Made by a program: the position numbers and the translations under genes. Below the pieces are notes generated by a model, which saw only the letters and a program-made list of their open reading frames with translations, did not search any database and was not told the DNA's origin. This document shows, piece by piece, positions 42,292 through 54,259 of a DNA stretch of 64,000 nucleotides (positions are counted from its first letter, which is position 1; every line of letters begins with the position of its first letter). The stretch is from the NCBI GenBank assembly GCA_000092065.1, contig CP000582.1. The stretch is one strand, 5' to 3'. The DNA comes from Ostreococcus lucimarinus. Its lineage: Eukaryota.

Positions 42292-43666
42292 TTGTTGTGC
42301 GTTACTTATGACGCACTATGAAGGATGATCAGGGCGACGAAAGGCACGTTAGTCCATTGTGTTGAAAGTCGACGCGATAAAAAGGTAGACAGGTAAAGAA
42401 ACTGGATTAGAAACGCACTTCACCAGAGTTGAGCGGACGGCCACTTTGGGCTTTCAGCACAGCAGATATATTCATATCATTAATTTCCCTACAGCTGACA
42501 GATGATCAAAAGCTTCGAAATAGAATACCGTAAAAAGTACCTCGGGGCAGGTCTATCCATCCAACCGAACACATCAATGGATAAATCCTGAACACTACAC
42601 TTCACACCAGTTGATCTCTTGGGGCTGCGCACCGTTCTTCTACATTCGAAACCATACGACGCGTCCCGGAGCATCGTCATTGATTTCGATCCTAGATTCA
42701 CACGCTCCGTCGCCGCAAGCAGCGATGCGGACTGCGTTGTGTCAGCTCCCAGCATCCCTCCGCTGACAACGCGGGTCGGAAAGTCAGCAGTAGAACAGCC
42801 CCTATCAAAGCTCACAACAGTCTGTCGCGCGTTCAGCCACAGGCAACGGGGTGTGCGGCAGATTATACAATGAATGAGGGTAACAGACCTGGGCTGTTAC
42901 GCGCAACCTTTGACCAAAGCGGTGAGTTGAGTGCTGAGCAAACCGTCCGACGAGACTTCCGGTCGGTCCTGTCACATGGATATGATATTAGACATATTTA
43001 CATTATTATACTATGTGTGAGAGTAATACCCGAAGGAGTTATTTTCCGGTTTGTTGGTTCCAGACCCTAATACCTCACCGTAGAAAACCTCGTTTCGTTC
43101 ATAATCGATTCTCTGTGCCGGTACTGGTACAACTTGCACTCCAGTAATAAACTCAGCAGTCGACAAGTGTTACCCGAGGAATCTCGCTCGCTGCCCTGAA
43201 AAGCGCTCGCGGTCGCCCATGATACAAAGGTTTGTCAAATTAAGGGCGTGGCGGAATTGAGGAAAATTTCGAACTGTACAGTCCACTTTATTTTCAACTT
43301 CTCTGTTCAAGCCATGGTGCGCTTTCAGGTTTCATAATGGCAATTTTTCTCACTACGTCCGAGCGGTTAGATATGCATTGGAGGCGTTTGCATTCCTTAT
43401 GCCGCTATGATACCAATGCTAATCAACTTTTTCCGTTATCTGCGTACATTATTTTGGACTCGTGTCGGCCGTTGAGAAGTAAATACATCACTTGTGTTTA
43501 GAATATGGTCGCGTCCCAGCTTGCCAGAGTTGTCAGTGCGAACGCGGTTGAAGTCCACGGAGCACTATGTAGAATTGAAAGAGTAGTGAGTATTGCGGGA
43601 ACAGTTATTTGATCGCGCCAATTTCTTTCGGATTTTCATGTCCTATACAAGAACTAGACAAGGATC

Positions 43667-44833
43667 CTATCTACTGAGTTTCACTACTATACACACGACA
43701 TTGTCTTGCGTTCTACAACGCAAAGCTCGCGCTATCAAAGCATCAGCGATATCTTGCATGCTTTTACTCGGATCTTTCTTCAGTTCACTTCGCACAAAAG
43801 TGACTGCTTGCGCACTATTCATAGTATCCCATAACCCGTCCGACGCTAAGATTATGAACTCGTCCTCGGTTGAACGAGGTATTGTGAAACAATGAGGTAG
43901 CGATATCACCGGCGGACCTTCCATGCTAGCCTTCATTGCAAGAATGTCGCTAGAATCTTTCAATTCCTCAAGTAACTCGTACCGTCCTCCTTTAAATTCA
44001 TAGTCTCCAAATGCCCGAGTGACAGCAAGTATACCACAAACTCGACTCTGCGATATCCAACCACCTGCTTGATTGATCCGTTTGATCTCGCATCTTCCAC
44101 AAGAGCTTGATGTTGTTGGCCGATGATCAGCACTTATATCGACAGGTTTCCCGGAACGGCACAAGACAGCCCTACTATCTCCTACATTCGCACACATTAG
44201 TAGCGAAGAATTCACTACACACACCGTCGCAGTGCTTCCGCTCCAACACTCTGGATCACCAAGTGTGGCTATGTAGTCTATCAATGCACTATCTGCGGCC
44301 ATAAATACCTCAGACATCGACTTTTCAAAGATAGTATTCATCTCATCGTCGGTTGTAGTCTCGTCGCTCAAAAGCTTTCTGTTCTTTCCGAGCATGGCAC
44401 TCACGAACTTATAGAAATTTGAACGTAAATATGTTGAACTACCACATCCTCCGTGTCCATCGTAGACGGCCGCGAAAAAGTGATCTGGACCTTTGACGAC
44501 CTGATAAGCATCTTCCATGTAATCGCGCGGCCCGATGTCACTACACGCTCCCCAGTCAAGGTCTACTGGTCGTCGCACCTTGGCAGCAGGTTTTCTTACT
44601 TGTTCAAGTGAATCTACACTCGACGTCGTCGCTCTTGACGCGTTAGATACAATTACGGCAGCTAAACATGTAGCAACAAGCCCGGCTAGTTCACCTCCAG
44701 TCAAGAGCCCATTCAAATCGCTCAAGGGAAAGCGGCTCCCGCTTTGAACTGTTCGACGCTTATGCCGAAAGTGACGACTGACGAGTTTCGGAGAACTCAC
44801 AGTTGCCACCTGCTGCAAGGGTGCAACCTTCAT
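43667..44833 (-). CDS. PP2C-family protein phosphatase with N-terminal hydrophobic segment
   Basis: Matches to PP2C motifs 1 and 2 and the metal-binding region: YMEDAYQVV..FFAVYDGHGG, LLMCANVGDSRAVL, ILASDGLWD. ATG at 44833 (MKVAPLQQ..). The N-terminus GELAGLVATCLAAVIVS is a candidate membrane or transit segment. Confidence 0.85.
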   Translation of the reverse strand: MKVAPLQQVATVSSPKLVSRHFRHKRRTVQSGSRFPLSDLNGLLTGGELAGLVATCLAAVIVSNASRATTSSVDSLEQVRKPAAKVRRPVDLDWGACSDIGPRDYMEDAYQVVKGPDHFFAAVYDGHGGCGSSTYLRSNFYKFVSAMLGKNRKLLSDETTTDDEMNTIFEKSMSEVFMAADSALIDYIATLGDPECWSGSTATVCVVNSSLLMCANVGDSRAVLCRSGKPVDISADHRPTTSSSCGRCEIKRINQAGGWISQSRVCGILAVTRAFGDYEFKGGRYELLEELKDSSDILAMKASMEGPPVISLPHCFTIPRSTEDEFIILASDGLWDTMNSAQAVTFVRSELKKDPSKSMQDIADALIARALRCRTQDNVVCIVVKLSR

Positions 44834-45184
44834 GTTAGAGCTCGAATGTGTCTTGCGCAAACCACCTTTTCGGCTTTACAGGCTTCCTGAAATATACGTT
44901 CACACCAAGAACGTCGCGTCGTGGTCAGCGCCGGAAGCGCAGGCTAGGAAAAGATTTCCGTCTTTTTTACTTCAGCAGTTCAGTTGACACCAGCAGGTCA
45001 CAGTACTTTCACCTGCTTTTTACAGGTCTTCAACTCCCCCACTGAGGGGCTGAAGCCTATTTTGCTCTAAGAAATGGACGGTTCGTGACTCCTCGATTTG
45101 CCGCGGCGGCACTTTGCGGCGCAGTAAGTCGGAGGTTGGTACATCTAGGTGCTATCGCGTGCAAGCGTGGCGTGCACGACAGGC

Positions 45185-46744
45185 ATGCACGATGACATCT
45201 GTTCTCGAAGTTTCCTTGAATTCTCGTCACGAATTACTTCGCCCATTGTGAACGCTGTCCCGTATCCTCACGTCAACATCCATAACGTTTTTAACGACCG
45301 CTTCCTTCGCGAGTGTTTGGCAGAACTCAAAGACCAGCTGACAGCAAATTTCAAAGAGACTGACCTGTTCAAAGTATATCAAACAACAGATCTAGCTAAC
45401 TTACAGGACTGTGTGCCACGAGCACGCGTGACCGTACCGCATTTATTCAGGCTTCGACAGTATTTGTATTCAGAGGCCTTCCGTGATTTCATCGTTCAGG
45501 CGACAGGATGTGGTTCACTTGACGGCGCAGTGGACTGCTCTTGTAATATTTACACAGCTGGATGTCATCTGCTGTGCCATGATGATGTGATCGGTACTCG
45601 GAGAATTTCATATATAATCTACCTTTCTGAACCAGACGAGGTTTGGACGGGTACAGACGGAGGACAATTGGAGCTGTATCCCATCGGCCCAGATGGAAAA
45701 AATCCAACCGACAGTCCCGTGGTGTCGATGATGCCGGAATGGAATTCCATGGTTCTATTCGAGGTCTTGCCTGGACACAGTTTTCATGCTGTTCGGGAGG
45801 TGAGTTCGATTACAAAAACCAGGGTCAGCATATCAGGGTGGTTCCACGCAAAGCAGATAAAACAAGCTGAAAAACGCTATGGTGCTCCATCAACACTTCA
45901 ACAGCTTCAGGCAGCTGGCGATATCTACTATCCACCGTACACTTCAGTTTCAATTGCAGCTCGGTCTAGCCGACAAATAGCAGAACACGAACTGTCAAGT
46001 TTTTTGCACAAATGGGTCAAACCAGAATATCTGATACACGAAAACATTATACGAATTCGAGAGCACTTTCAAAACGAAGGTTCAATTCAGCTTCACGACT
46101 TTCTCTTGCCAAGTATTGCAGATTCGTTGCGTGAAAAGTTAAAACGCGAAGACAGCCGCAACCGTCGAAAATGTGGCCAGTACGACTACGCATGTGGGCA
46201 TGGTTGGAGTGTGAAAGGTCCGCCTCATATTCGTAGGTATTTAAGTTATCAGCCTGATAGTGCGCGTACGAATAGAAATGATGTAGGTGATCGCTTGGAG
46301 GAAGTTCTGATTAATGTCACCAGCACAGTTGGATTCCAGAACTGGTTGAGCGCGGTCACCGGTTTTCACTGCACACACGCATTTTCTGAAATACGCCGGT
46401 TCCGAGCGGGACTGGACTACACGCTCGCGCACTCTGACATTTTCAAGGATTCTCAGATAGATGTCGATCTATGCTTTACGAGTGGTCCTTCTCAGTGGCT
46501 CTCTGGTGACTTAGGGGGCTATCAATGCTTTACTTCCACTGAAGCAACGGACGGTGCTGCAGACGTATACTCTGGGGACATTGCAGAGAACGAGTCTCTG
46601 CGATCTATCGCACCTACATTCAACAGTTTAACACTCGTAAAAGTGGATAAAGGCATTACTAATTTTGTCAAATTCATTTCAACACATGCGAAGGGAAGTC
46701 GTTGGGACATAACTTCTCGTTTTGTAGTGGCCAAGTCAACCTAG
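45185..46744 (+). CDS. OGFOD1/Tpa1/Ofd1-family 2OG-Fe(II) oxygenase (ribosomal prolyl hydroxylase-like)
   Basis: IVNAVPYPHVNIHNVFNDRFLRECLAELKDQL..ETDLFKVYQTTDLANL..AGCHLLCHDDVIGTRRISYIIYLSEP..WTGTDGGQLELYP matches the Ofd1 N-terminal DSBH domain (PF13661-like). The C-terminal Ofd2-type half is present. First ATG at 45185. Confidence 0.8.
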   Translation: MHDDICSRSFLEFSSRITSPIVNAVPYPHVNIHNVFNDRFLRECLAELKDQLTANFKETDLFKVYQTTDLANLQDCVPRARVTVPHLFRLRQYLYSEAFRDFIVQATGCGSLDGAVDCSCNIYTAGCHLLCHDDVIGTRRISYIIYLSEPDEVWTGTDGGQLELYPIGPDGKNPTDSPVVSMMPEWNSMVLFEVLPGHSFHAVREVSSITKTRVSISGWFHAKQIKQAEKRYGAPSTLQQLQAAGDIYYPPYTSVSIAARSSRQIAEHELSSFLHKWVKPEYLIHENIIRIREHFQNEGSIQLHDFLLPSIADSLREKLKREDSRNRRKCGQYDYACGHGWSVKGPPHIRRYLSYQPDSARTNRNDVGDRLEEVLINVTSTVGFQNWLSAVTGFHCTHAFSEIRRFRAGLDYTLAHSDIFKDSQIDVDLCFTSGPSQWLSGDLGGYQCFTSTEATDGAADVYSGDIAENESLRSIAPTFNSLTLVKVDKGITNFVKFISTHAKGSRWDITSRFVVAKST

Positions 46745-46864
46745 CGCACTCTACGGGTGCTGTTGTGAGCCCACGTGTACATAAGTTTACATTAACTACG
46801 TAGTAATATTTTGCTAATATGTATGAGCGTTTCAGTTCCACAGCTATCGAAGGCATGTTTGAAA

Positions 46865-47593
46865 TCATGCTTGATACTGAGCGATTCTCTTTTTTATCTC
46901 TAGCATCTTGCTCTGTAGTTCGTAATTCTTTGCCGAGGAAAGAGTGCTAGAGGCAACAAGAGCACGATATTCGGACTGAATATTTTGGGCTTCTTCGCGG
47001 AGTTCTTCGAGCGTCATTTCTCCACCAGCAAGCTTGGCTTCCATTGACTGTTGCTGTGAGTTCATTTTCACTTGTGCAGGCCGTGTTCCCTCGTACAGTT
47101 GTTGAGTGTTTACTTGAGACTCATTGTGGAAATTTTCAGATGGCTGGAGCAAGTATTCCGTATTTTTTACTCCTAACACCTCGTGCGATGAGCCCACTGG
47201 AGGAAGTGACGTCGATCTTGACTGACCCTCATACTCCCATCCACCCAACGCTCGTCTCACCTCTGGTGGCAAGTCAGTATCAACAGTTGAATTATTTTCT
47301 GTAAACCCAATCTCTATGCTGTTTCTTAGATGAAGCTCCATACGAGCTCTTCGGATCTCCTTTATGTACAGTCTCCAAGATCGTTCTGTGAAACCATAAT
47401 TGAAATAGGAATTGAGTTCAGCTCCACGGCGTCGCCAGGGAGCGACATCGATGTTGTCAAGATCCAAGTCAAAGACCCCACCATGACCAAGCTGTAGAAA
47501 TTCCTTATATTCGTCCGGTGGGATAAAACGAGCGCCTCCTTCTCCGCCAGGAAGAATGCGTTGTTGGAGTTCGTTATATCGAGCGTTTGGCAT
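46865..47593 (-). CDS. FIP1: Fip1-like pre-mRNA 3′-end processing factor
   Basis: Real ATG at 47593. Fip1 signature: DNIDVAPWRRRGAELNSYFNYGFTERSWRLYIKEI (compare [23 protein letters not shown]). 242 aa, single exon. Confidence 0.7.
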   Translation of the reverse strand: MPNARYNELQQRILPGGEGGARFIPPDEYKEFLQLGHGGVFDLDLDNIDVAPWRRRGAELNSYFNYGFTERSWRLYIKEIRRARMELHLRNSIEIGFTENNSTVDTDLPPEVRRALGGWEYEGQSRSTSLPPVGSSHEVLGVKNTEYLLQPSENFHNESQVNTQQLYEGTRPAQVKMNSQQQSMEAKLAGGEMTLEELREEAQNIQSEYRALVASSTLSSAKNYELQSKMLEIKKRIAQYQA

Positions 47594-48204
47594 TTGTCCG
47601 TTATACGTATTCCACCGACCATCTGGTAACCTACTTGAAACGCTTTCACGACCTGTTCGCGGTTTCCCTGGGGGAGGCTGCGGAATCTTTCTGTCGTCGT
47701 GCTTGACAAATTCAGTGCCTCGGCGTTCCTCTAGCGATTCTATAGATACGTGACGTCGACGTTAGTTGTCGTCGAACAGCCTGAGTCGAATATTTTACCT
47801 GGAGTGCTTCTTGTCCGCTCAGCCCCGGAGCCAGTCTCGCCAGAATGGAAAATCTTTGCACAATCGTCATGAAATCAAAAAAAGCTGATAATTGAATGGT
47901 TTACCTCTCCGAACAGTTTCTCCTCATTCAAGCCCTTCTCACGTGAAAAACCCGTCATCACGACAACCGCCCTCCTTGTTCTGACGTTTTTGTTTCTACC
48001 GAGGGAACGTGGGCCCTACACCACAACACTACGCTTCCTCAATACATTGTATGCCGAACAGATATGGACGCTTCCAAATATATTCACGTGCTCACGCGCT
48101 AATCGTAGTGTTCAGCGCGTCCAGTTGTCGGTGAACTCGACTTGAGAACCCGGTGTTCGTTCTGGACAAGGGGACGTCTTGCGCACAGCAAGCGACACGC
48201 CGCG

Positions 48205-48879
48205 ATGCCAAACTTAGAACTACCTACAAGAATGTTACCGCGAGTACTGCTACCCACTTTAGCCGCTCTGGGGGCTATACTACACCCGGAGCGGGCAGAT
48301 TTAGTGGGCATCACGAGCGAGACGATTGGAGTTTTTAAGTTTGAGAGGATATTATCACAACTCTTGCAAGACAGAAATGGGCGCGCCATGCTGAGGGACC
48401 GCCAAAGAATATCAGAACATTCGCTACTTAAAGCAAGATTATGCGAGCGCGGAAGCTTAGGTCACGCGTACGCTAAATTTATGGATAGTCGGCAGTTCGA
48501 GCCAAGTGCAAGACCACCAGTCAGGTTTGTTCAGGACAAGCAGAGCAGATACATCGCCATAAGACTACGTGAAATTCACGACATCCTACATGTTTTATAC
48601 GATTGCCCAACTACTTTGAAGGGCGAACTCACCCTCAAAGCAATAGAGTTTGTCCAATATGGCCTTCCAGCTCATTGGGCTTCAGCATATTTTGCGCCAA
48701 GCCGCTTGCCCCTTGCAGAACGCAATTTCCTGACAAATCAACTTTTTCCATGGGCGATAAGAACTGCTAGCAAAGCACCCAACTTATTAAGTTTTGACTA
48801 TGAATCTCTCTTCCACACACCCATTGATCAATTGCGTGATGATTGGAAAATTGAAAGGATACCCTGCAGTTCAGCCTAA
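48205..48879 (+). CDS. COQ4: ubiquinone biosynthesis protein COQ4 (mitochondrial presequence)
   Basis: LGHAYAKFMD..RPPVRFVQDKQSRYIAIRLREIHDILHVLYDCPTTLKGELTLKAIEFVQYGLPAHWASAYFAPSRL carries the Coq4 HDxxH-(x)n-E zinc motif. First ATG at 48205 (MPNLELPTRMLPRVLLPTLAA..). Confidence 0.85.
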   Translation: MPNLELPTRMLPRVLLPTLAALGAILHPERADLVGITSETIGVFKFERILSQLLQDRNGRAMLRDRQRISEHSLLKARLCERGSLGHAYAKFMDSRQFEPSARPPVRFVQDKQSRYIAIRLREIHDILHVLYDCPTTLKGELTLKAIEFVQYGLPAHWASAYFAPSRLPLAERNFLTNQLFPWAIRTASKAPNLLSFDYESLFHTPIDQLRDDWKIERIPCSSA

Positions 48880-50061
48880 GCTTGACTTTTTAACGCAAAT
48901 GAAGACAGTAAGGCAGAAGATGGACGCCAACAACATAGCACAAATAGCAATCAAAGTTGCCTGTTCGTCAGTGCTAAATTTACTTTGCATCACTTCGCTA
49001 AGTCAACGTACTTGGGTCCGTTTTATCGTGTATTTCTGTTCTATTTGGCTCAAGAGAATTGAGGTTATCGGAGTCAAGACTACCGCAAGCCACACGCGCA
49101 GTGCCTTGGTCACTTGACTTCCGGCCTGTAAGGTACAATTTAAGTTTTAATATGATGATTAATGGGCGATTGATGACCATTCAATGCAGTAACATACCCA
49201 AACAAGCACAGCGACCTCGAGAAAGCGCCCTTGCAAAGTGAGGCTTGACTACAGGAGACATGAGTGATAGAACGCGCGGATCATACAAAAAGCTCACTCT
49301 TTGAAGGCAATAGATGTATGCACAAGTGTAGTAGCACGAGTTCAACGCTCCATAGCTCACCATACCTGCAGGACCAAGGTTTTTCAAGGTTTCTCTTTGC
49401 CTGAGATTTTTTCACCTCGCGAAACGAGCAAGCTAATATCTCATCTTACCGACAAAACCAGCCCGATTCAAGTTTACGTTGAGGACTTTGCGAAAAATTG
49501 TCTTTATCAAGCAAGCGATCTTCTCTAGGGAATGAACCCGCATTGTGCGAGGCACTGGGACGGTGCGGGGCCCTTGGGACTTTTCCACCACTGCTTTTAC
49601 AGACGTTCAGTCGTGTTTTCTTGTAAGCTGACGTCGGCGCACATTGAAACGCTACAGCCCGAGTCACCATTAAGCGGCACACGTTTCGCAAAAATGTGCG
49701 GTTCAAATGCGGCTTAGTACCCGTGGACACAGAGGCGAAAGCTGCTCGTGTTTCGGAAGTGAGTACAGGCCCGCGACAAATGTCACACTGAAGCTAGGAT
49801 GATCTATATATGTCCGTTTATGTCCATGCTTCGAGGAAATCGCCCATGATGCGCAAACATGCATAAATAAGCCGAAATTTCCAGACAGTTCGACAAAAGG
49901 TCACCGTTGGCCTTTCAGCAGTGGGCACAAGAAAATATAACGCATACAGCTATCACTGTCACACTTGGCTCTGCGATTCCGTTTGATGGATGACTTTCCG
50001 CTTGACGCAACGTCGCGCGATGCGACGCAAAAGTTTTTGGAACATTTGACACCTTGAGGCC

Positions 50062-51258
50062 ATGCAGTGCGTTTTACTCGAACCCTTTCTAGTAGGGCGT
50101 ATCGCCGTAAAACGGGGCCTCGCTAAAACAAAGCGAGCCAAACACATGAAAGGAGCACACGCGAGCGCACTTTGCGACGCATCTGATATCCCTATACGTT
50201 TAGTCGACCGCCCTGGTAAGTACCCCGTGAACAGCTCTCAACTGGATGACGTTAGGAAATGGGGTCAAGACGTTGCGGCACGAAATATTGCGTATTTCGA
50301 AGCTTCTAATGGAAGTCCGATGCTAAAAGAGCTATATCAAGAACTCGAATGGCTTATAACGGATAGTACCGCCGAAAGAGTCGAATGTTCTCCCAGACTG
50401 AAAGTAGCAACCTCTGGCGACGATGGTTTCAGCGCATCAAGTACCACCCGATCCGCGATTTTGCGTCAGTCGATACCCGAGCTTCAGCAGCTCTGGATGC
50501 GAAGAATAATAGATAGGGTGCCTTTGCAGTATCTCACAAACACGGCGCATTGGCGAGATATGGAATTCACTGTGAATACTTCTGTCCTCATACCACGACC
50601 TGAGACTGAATTACTGATAGATTTTGCGTGCGAATGGCTTCGTGAACTGGAGTCAAATACTGAAAATCATACCATGAATTATAATCTATTGTCAGGGCCA
50701 TGGCTTGATCTTGGAACCGGATCTGGAATTTTGGCCATCGCACTTGCGAAAGAACTACAGCGTAAGTGCGCAGATGCCTCCAGTGTGTACGCAGTAGACG
50801 TTTCTGTAGCCGCACTCGAACTCGCAAGGGACAATGCGCGTCGTAACGGAGTCCAAGATTCCATCAAAACCTTGCACGGATCATGGTTTAACCCGATCAA
50901 AAAAGATGTACGCTTTACCGGAATCTTGACCAACCCTCCGTACATCCCGACAGATTTGCTTGAGTCTCTTCAGCCGGAGGTTTGTTCGCATGAGCCATGG
51001 CTCGCACTCGATGGGGGGGGCGGGGACGGTTCAGCACACTTAGTCACTATCTGTAGGGACGTCAAGAACTTTTTACTCCCCGGTGGTCTGTTTGCAGTTG
51101 AAACCCACGGTCTAGAACAGGCTCGTTTGGTTCAACATTTATTGAACAGCACCGAGGCTTTTCGAGACGTCCACCTAAAAGCAGACTACTCTGGTATAGT
51201 TCGTTATGTAACGGCTAGAAAAGTGAACGATCCTGGAGTCATGGATGGCGCATGCTGA
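50062..51258 (+). CDS. HemK/PrmC-family release-factor N5-glutamine methyltransferase (organellar type)
   Basis: ATG at 50062. SAM motif LDLGTGSGILAIAL and catalytic NPPY (GILTNPPYIPT). 398 aa, single exon. Confidence 0.85.
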   Translation: MQCVLLEPFLVGRIAVKRGLAKTKRAKHMKGAHASALCDASDIPIRLVDRPGKYPVNSSQLDDVRKWGQDVAARNIAYFEASNGSPMLKELYQELEWLITDSTAERVECSPRLKVATSGDDGFSASSTTRSAILRQSIPELQQLWMRRIIDRVPLQYLTNTAHWRDMEFTVNTSVLIPRPETELLIDFACEWLRELESNTENHTMNYNLLSGPWLDLGTGSGILAIALAKELQRKCADASSVYAVDVSVAALELARDNARRNGVQDSIKTLHGSWFNPIKKDVRFTGILTNPPYIPTDLLESLQPEVCSHEPWLALDGGGGDGSAHLVTICRDVKNFLLPGGLFAVETHGLEQARLVQHLLNSTEAFRDVHLKADYSGIVRYVTARKVNDPGVMDGAC

Positions 51259-51408
51259 GTGAGAAATTGCTCAACGTCTGCGTGCACGCAAACAGTGAGT
51301 GGTTCTGTTGACAATGTTAGCACGAGCAGCATAGTGTTAAAAACAAAAGAAGTCTCTACTGAGACAGCGAGCGACTGATATTATTGAATCTAAATTAATA
51401 AATGCTGC

Positions 51409-51933
51409 CTAATCGTACGAAGTTTCCCCGGAAGTTTGGCCGTGCTTCACGTGGTTTGACGACACCTGTATCCGTGTTTTCTCTTTTCGATCGCTAGGTG
51501 ACGCTGTACCGGCATCCAGAATAGGCGCTTTCACTAAGTGAACCTGTTTTTGTAACTCTTTCCTATCATTTCGTCTTCTTTCATCTGTGAGCCCTTTCAT
51601 GCGCCCATCGTAGTGTCTTTTCTCGCGCTTGCTACGGATTCCCTCAACAGTTTTGAGAGCTGCCATGGTTTTATGAGTCAATTCTCTACTGTATCTCACT
51701 GGACGATTACGTCGTCGCTCAAAGTTGAACACGTTATCTCCACTTAGATCTTTACCATGAATTGCGCGATATGCTTTTGTCCACTTAACTTTACGTGGAT
51801 TTCTTTTCATTTTGAAGTTCTTGTGGCACTTGGAGCGACAAAAGCGGAACATTTTAGAATCATTCCGTACGAAACAAATGCCGTGACCAGGATAGATGGT
51901 TGAACTACAGAACCAGCACTTCTCGAGACGCAT
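51409..51933 (-). CDS. RLP24: ribosome biogenesis protein RLP24 (eL24-like)
   Basis: ATG at 51933. [56 protein letters not shown] is essentially the RLP24 consensus ([53 protein letters not shown]). Confidence 0.9.
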   Translation of the reverse strand: [174 protein letters not shown]

Positions 51934-52238
51934 GAGCTGTGCTATTCACGATCTTGTCAAAATCTAGACCTCTCTAGCGGGGTACGAGTGTCGTTCTGGT
52001 TGTGGCGGCTGGCGGAACGGGCACGGACCAACCCGTCAATTTCCCCTCGTCAGGGTTTTGACCGAGGTGCATTTTATTTAGTAACTAATCTAGTTTTGAT
52101 ATATGTAAATTTATGTATATAATATTGTATGCGACGAGCAAATATGCAATCATAAAAAGCGTGGCGCTCTTTGGACGCGTGGCGGCGGTGACGTTCAACG
52201 TTTCGGTGACTACAGCGAGTTCCGCACGCGGTACAAAA

Positions 52239-53972
52239 ATGTTCGACGATACGATAAACTCGACTGGGGATGTGCCAGCCGCCTGGTATAGGGATCTTTC
52301 TCACGTTGGATACAACTTGGCTGGTCAGCGACTGCAGCGGAATGTTGGTGCCGATGCACTGTCAAAGTTGCTGAACGACGTCGATGATCGTTCTTCATGG
52401 CGAAAGCTATCTGACGGTTTGACAGGGCGAGATTTCAAGTTATCTCAAAGTGATATTGTTTTATTGAGACGCATGCAAGCGGGTAGGCTGCTGACAGACC
52501 CACTGGCACACATCACGGGAATAAGTCAAATCATGGAAAATGTAGTCTCCACAACCGAACCAAAGCGGCGATTTCAGCCATCGAAATGGGAAGCTAAATC
52601 AGTACTAAGATTAGTTCGCGCTTTGAGGCAGCAACCTCGGCGTAATGTATCAGCTGGCGAGAATGATATTCAACATACTCGTGATATATGGTTGGGCGTG
52701 CAGCACTTAGTGCACAATAGCTCTGGGTCTGTTCGTGTACCGAAACCATTACCACCAGGTAATCACTTTTCTTTCAACCCACCGGCAGAATATGTGGCAT
52801 ACTTGGGCAAATCTTCAGATTACGCGCCAAAAAGTCTCAGGCAGCTTCATAGCTATGAAAACTTCACACGCGAAAGATTTGAGAGATGCCTTGATTTATA
52901 TCTATGTCCTCGTTCCAATCGTGTTAGAGTAAATATGGCACCCGATGAAATTTTGCCGCAACTACCCTCTCCAAAATCTCTGAAACCTTTCCCAGAGATT
53001 CTCACACAGAGCTATACCATCTCAGAGAAAATTATGTCAATGTCTGTTCACTCCTCTGGTGAGTGGCTTGCATGCAGTACAAAAACTGCTAAAGTGTTTA
53101 TATTCGATATTCACACTGGATGCTGTCTCCAAAAAATTAGCTTCGGTATCGCACCCACCGCAATTCGTTGGCATCCAGTGAAACCGCGCATCTTACTGCT
53201 CATACTAGGTTGCTGCGTTCTTGTGACAGATGCTTTCAGTGTTTTCGATGCCTCAAACGTGAACTTTATGGAAACTTCAGAGCTGATGAGTTGGATCCAG
53301 CTCGGTGTATCAACATTTATTGTACGACACACATCAATCGTGAAAGAAATAGTATGGCACGAAAAAGGCTGTTACTTTGCTACGATTTTTGGTACAAAAA
53401 GTGGTGTCATGATACACAATCTTGATAAACAGGAATCCCAATCACCTTTCGTGAAGCACGATGCTCCAATACTCGGCACTTCATTTCATCCAACAAAAGC
53501 ATTCTTCTTCATCTGCTCACAGAAGAGTGTACGAATGTATAATTTGAAGACACAGGAGCTCGAGAAAAAGTTTTCGAAAGGTACGGCAGTGAATTCTTGC
53601 ATGTGTATCAGCTCTAGTGGCTTGAGTCTGTTCGTGGGCACACGTAATGGGAATTTACTGTGGTTTGATATAGGTAGCTCTACGCATAGCAAGGTCATTT
53701 CGATGCGTGGGGCAGCGATAGGTTCGGTGATTTGCCATGAAAAATATCCACTGTTGGCCACTGTGGCATTCGATGGCGACGTGAACATATTTCACATATC
53801 AGAGACATCTGATTTTGACTCGACCACGGAGCCCATGATAGTTCCAGTAAACACAATAAAGAGTACTAGAACAGAAATTGTGGATTGCTGCAGAATACAA
53901 TTTCATCCATGTCAGCCGTGGCTCTTTCTCCAGCGAGGAAAGGCAAATATTGGTCTTTTCAGTCCAATGTGA
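52239..53972 (+). CDS. BOP1: ribosome biogenesis protein BOP1/Erb1 (BOP1NT domain plus WD40 repeats), lacking a long acidic N-terminal extension
   Basis: GDVPAAWYRDLSHVGYNLAGQRL matches the BOP1NT start ([22 protein letters not shown]). WD repeats in the C-terminal half read ..VWHEKGCYFATI.., ..LLATVAFDGDVNIFH... First ATG at 52239. Confidence 0.85.
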   Translation: MFDDTINSTGDVPAAWYRDLSHVGYNLAGQRLQRNVGADALSKLLNDVDDRSSWRKLSDGLTGRDFKLSQSDIVLLRRMQAGRLLTDPLAHITGISQIMENVVSTTEPKRRFQPSKWEAKSVLRLVRALRQQPRRNVSAGENDIQHTRDIWLGVQHLVHNSSGSVRVPKPLPPGNHFSFNPPAEYVAYLGKSSDYAPKSLRQLHSYENFTRERFERCLDLYLCPRSNRVRVNMAPDEILPQLPSPKSLKPFPEILTQSYTISEKIMSMSVHSSGEWLACSTKTAKVFIFDIHTGCCLQKISFGIAPTAIRWHPVKPRILLLILGCCVLVTDAFSVFDASNVNFMETSELMSWIQLGVSTFIVRHTSIVKEIVWHEKGCYFATIFGTKSGVMIHNLDKQESQSPFVKHDAPILGTSFHPTKAFFFICSQKSVRMYNLKTQELEKKFSKGTAVNSCMCISSSGLSLFVGTRNGNLLWFDIGSSTHSKVISMRGAAIGSVICHEKYPLLATVAFDGDVNIFHISETSDFDSTTEPMIVPVNTIKSTRTEIVDCCRIQFHPCQPWLFLQRGKANIGLFSPM

Positions 53973-54259
53973 GCATCTGTTATCACGAGCGAAGCGAGAG
54001 CAAAAACTAGCACGATGTAGTTTAGAAAGACTTTTGAGTAGGAACGAGCGAGATGGCGCTGATACGTGGATGTGCTGTCACTTGAATGAAACTAAAATCT
54101 TCCTAAAGAAATCCGTTCCCAAATGCTCGATGTAAAATAAGAACAACTCATTCGCTTTGCAGAAAGGAGGAAAGCTTCAGAAATCCTCTTCATCCGAGGA
54201 CGAGTCATGATTCGAGTCCGTCATAATTTTCCATCCTACGCGATCGACTTATGTTCGTT

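Noticed and set aside
42489-42815. 108-aa minus ORF with S/T/R-rich sequence as the transit-peptide exon of MGD1
   Set aside because: No donor site in a phase compatible with the MGD1 acceptor at ~42300 could be found. Left unassigned.
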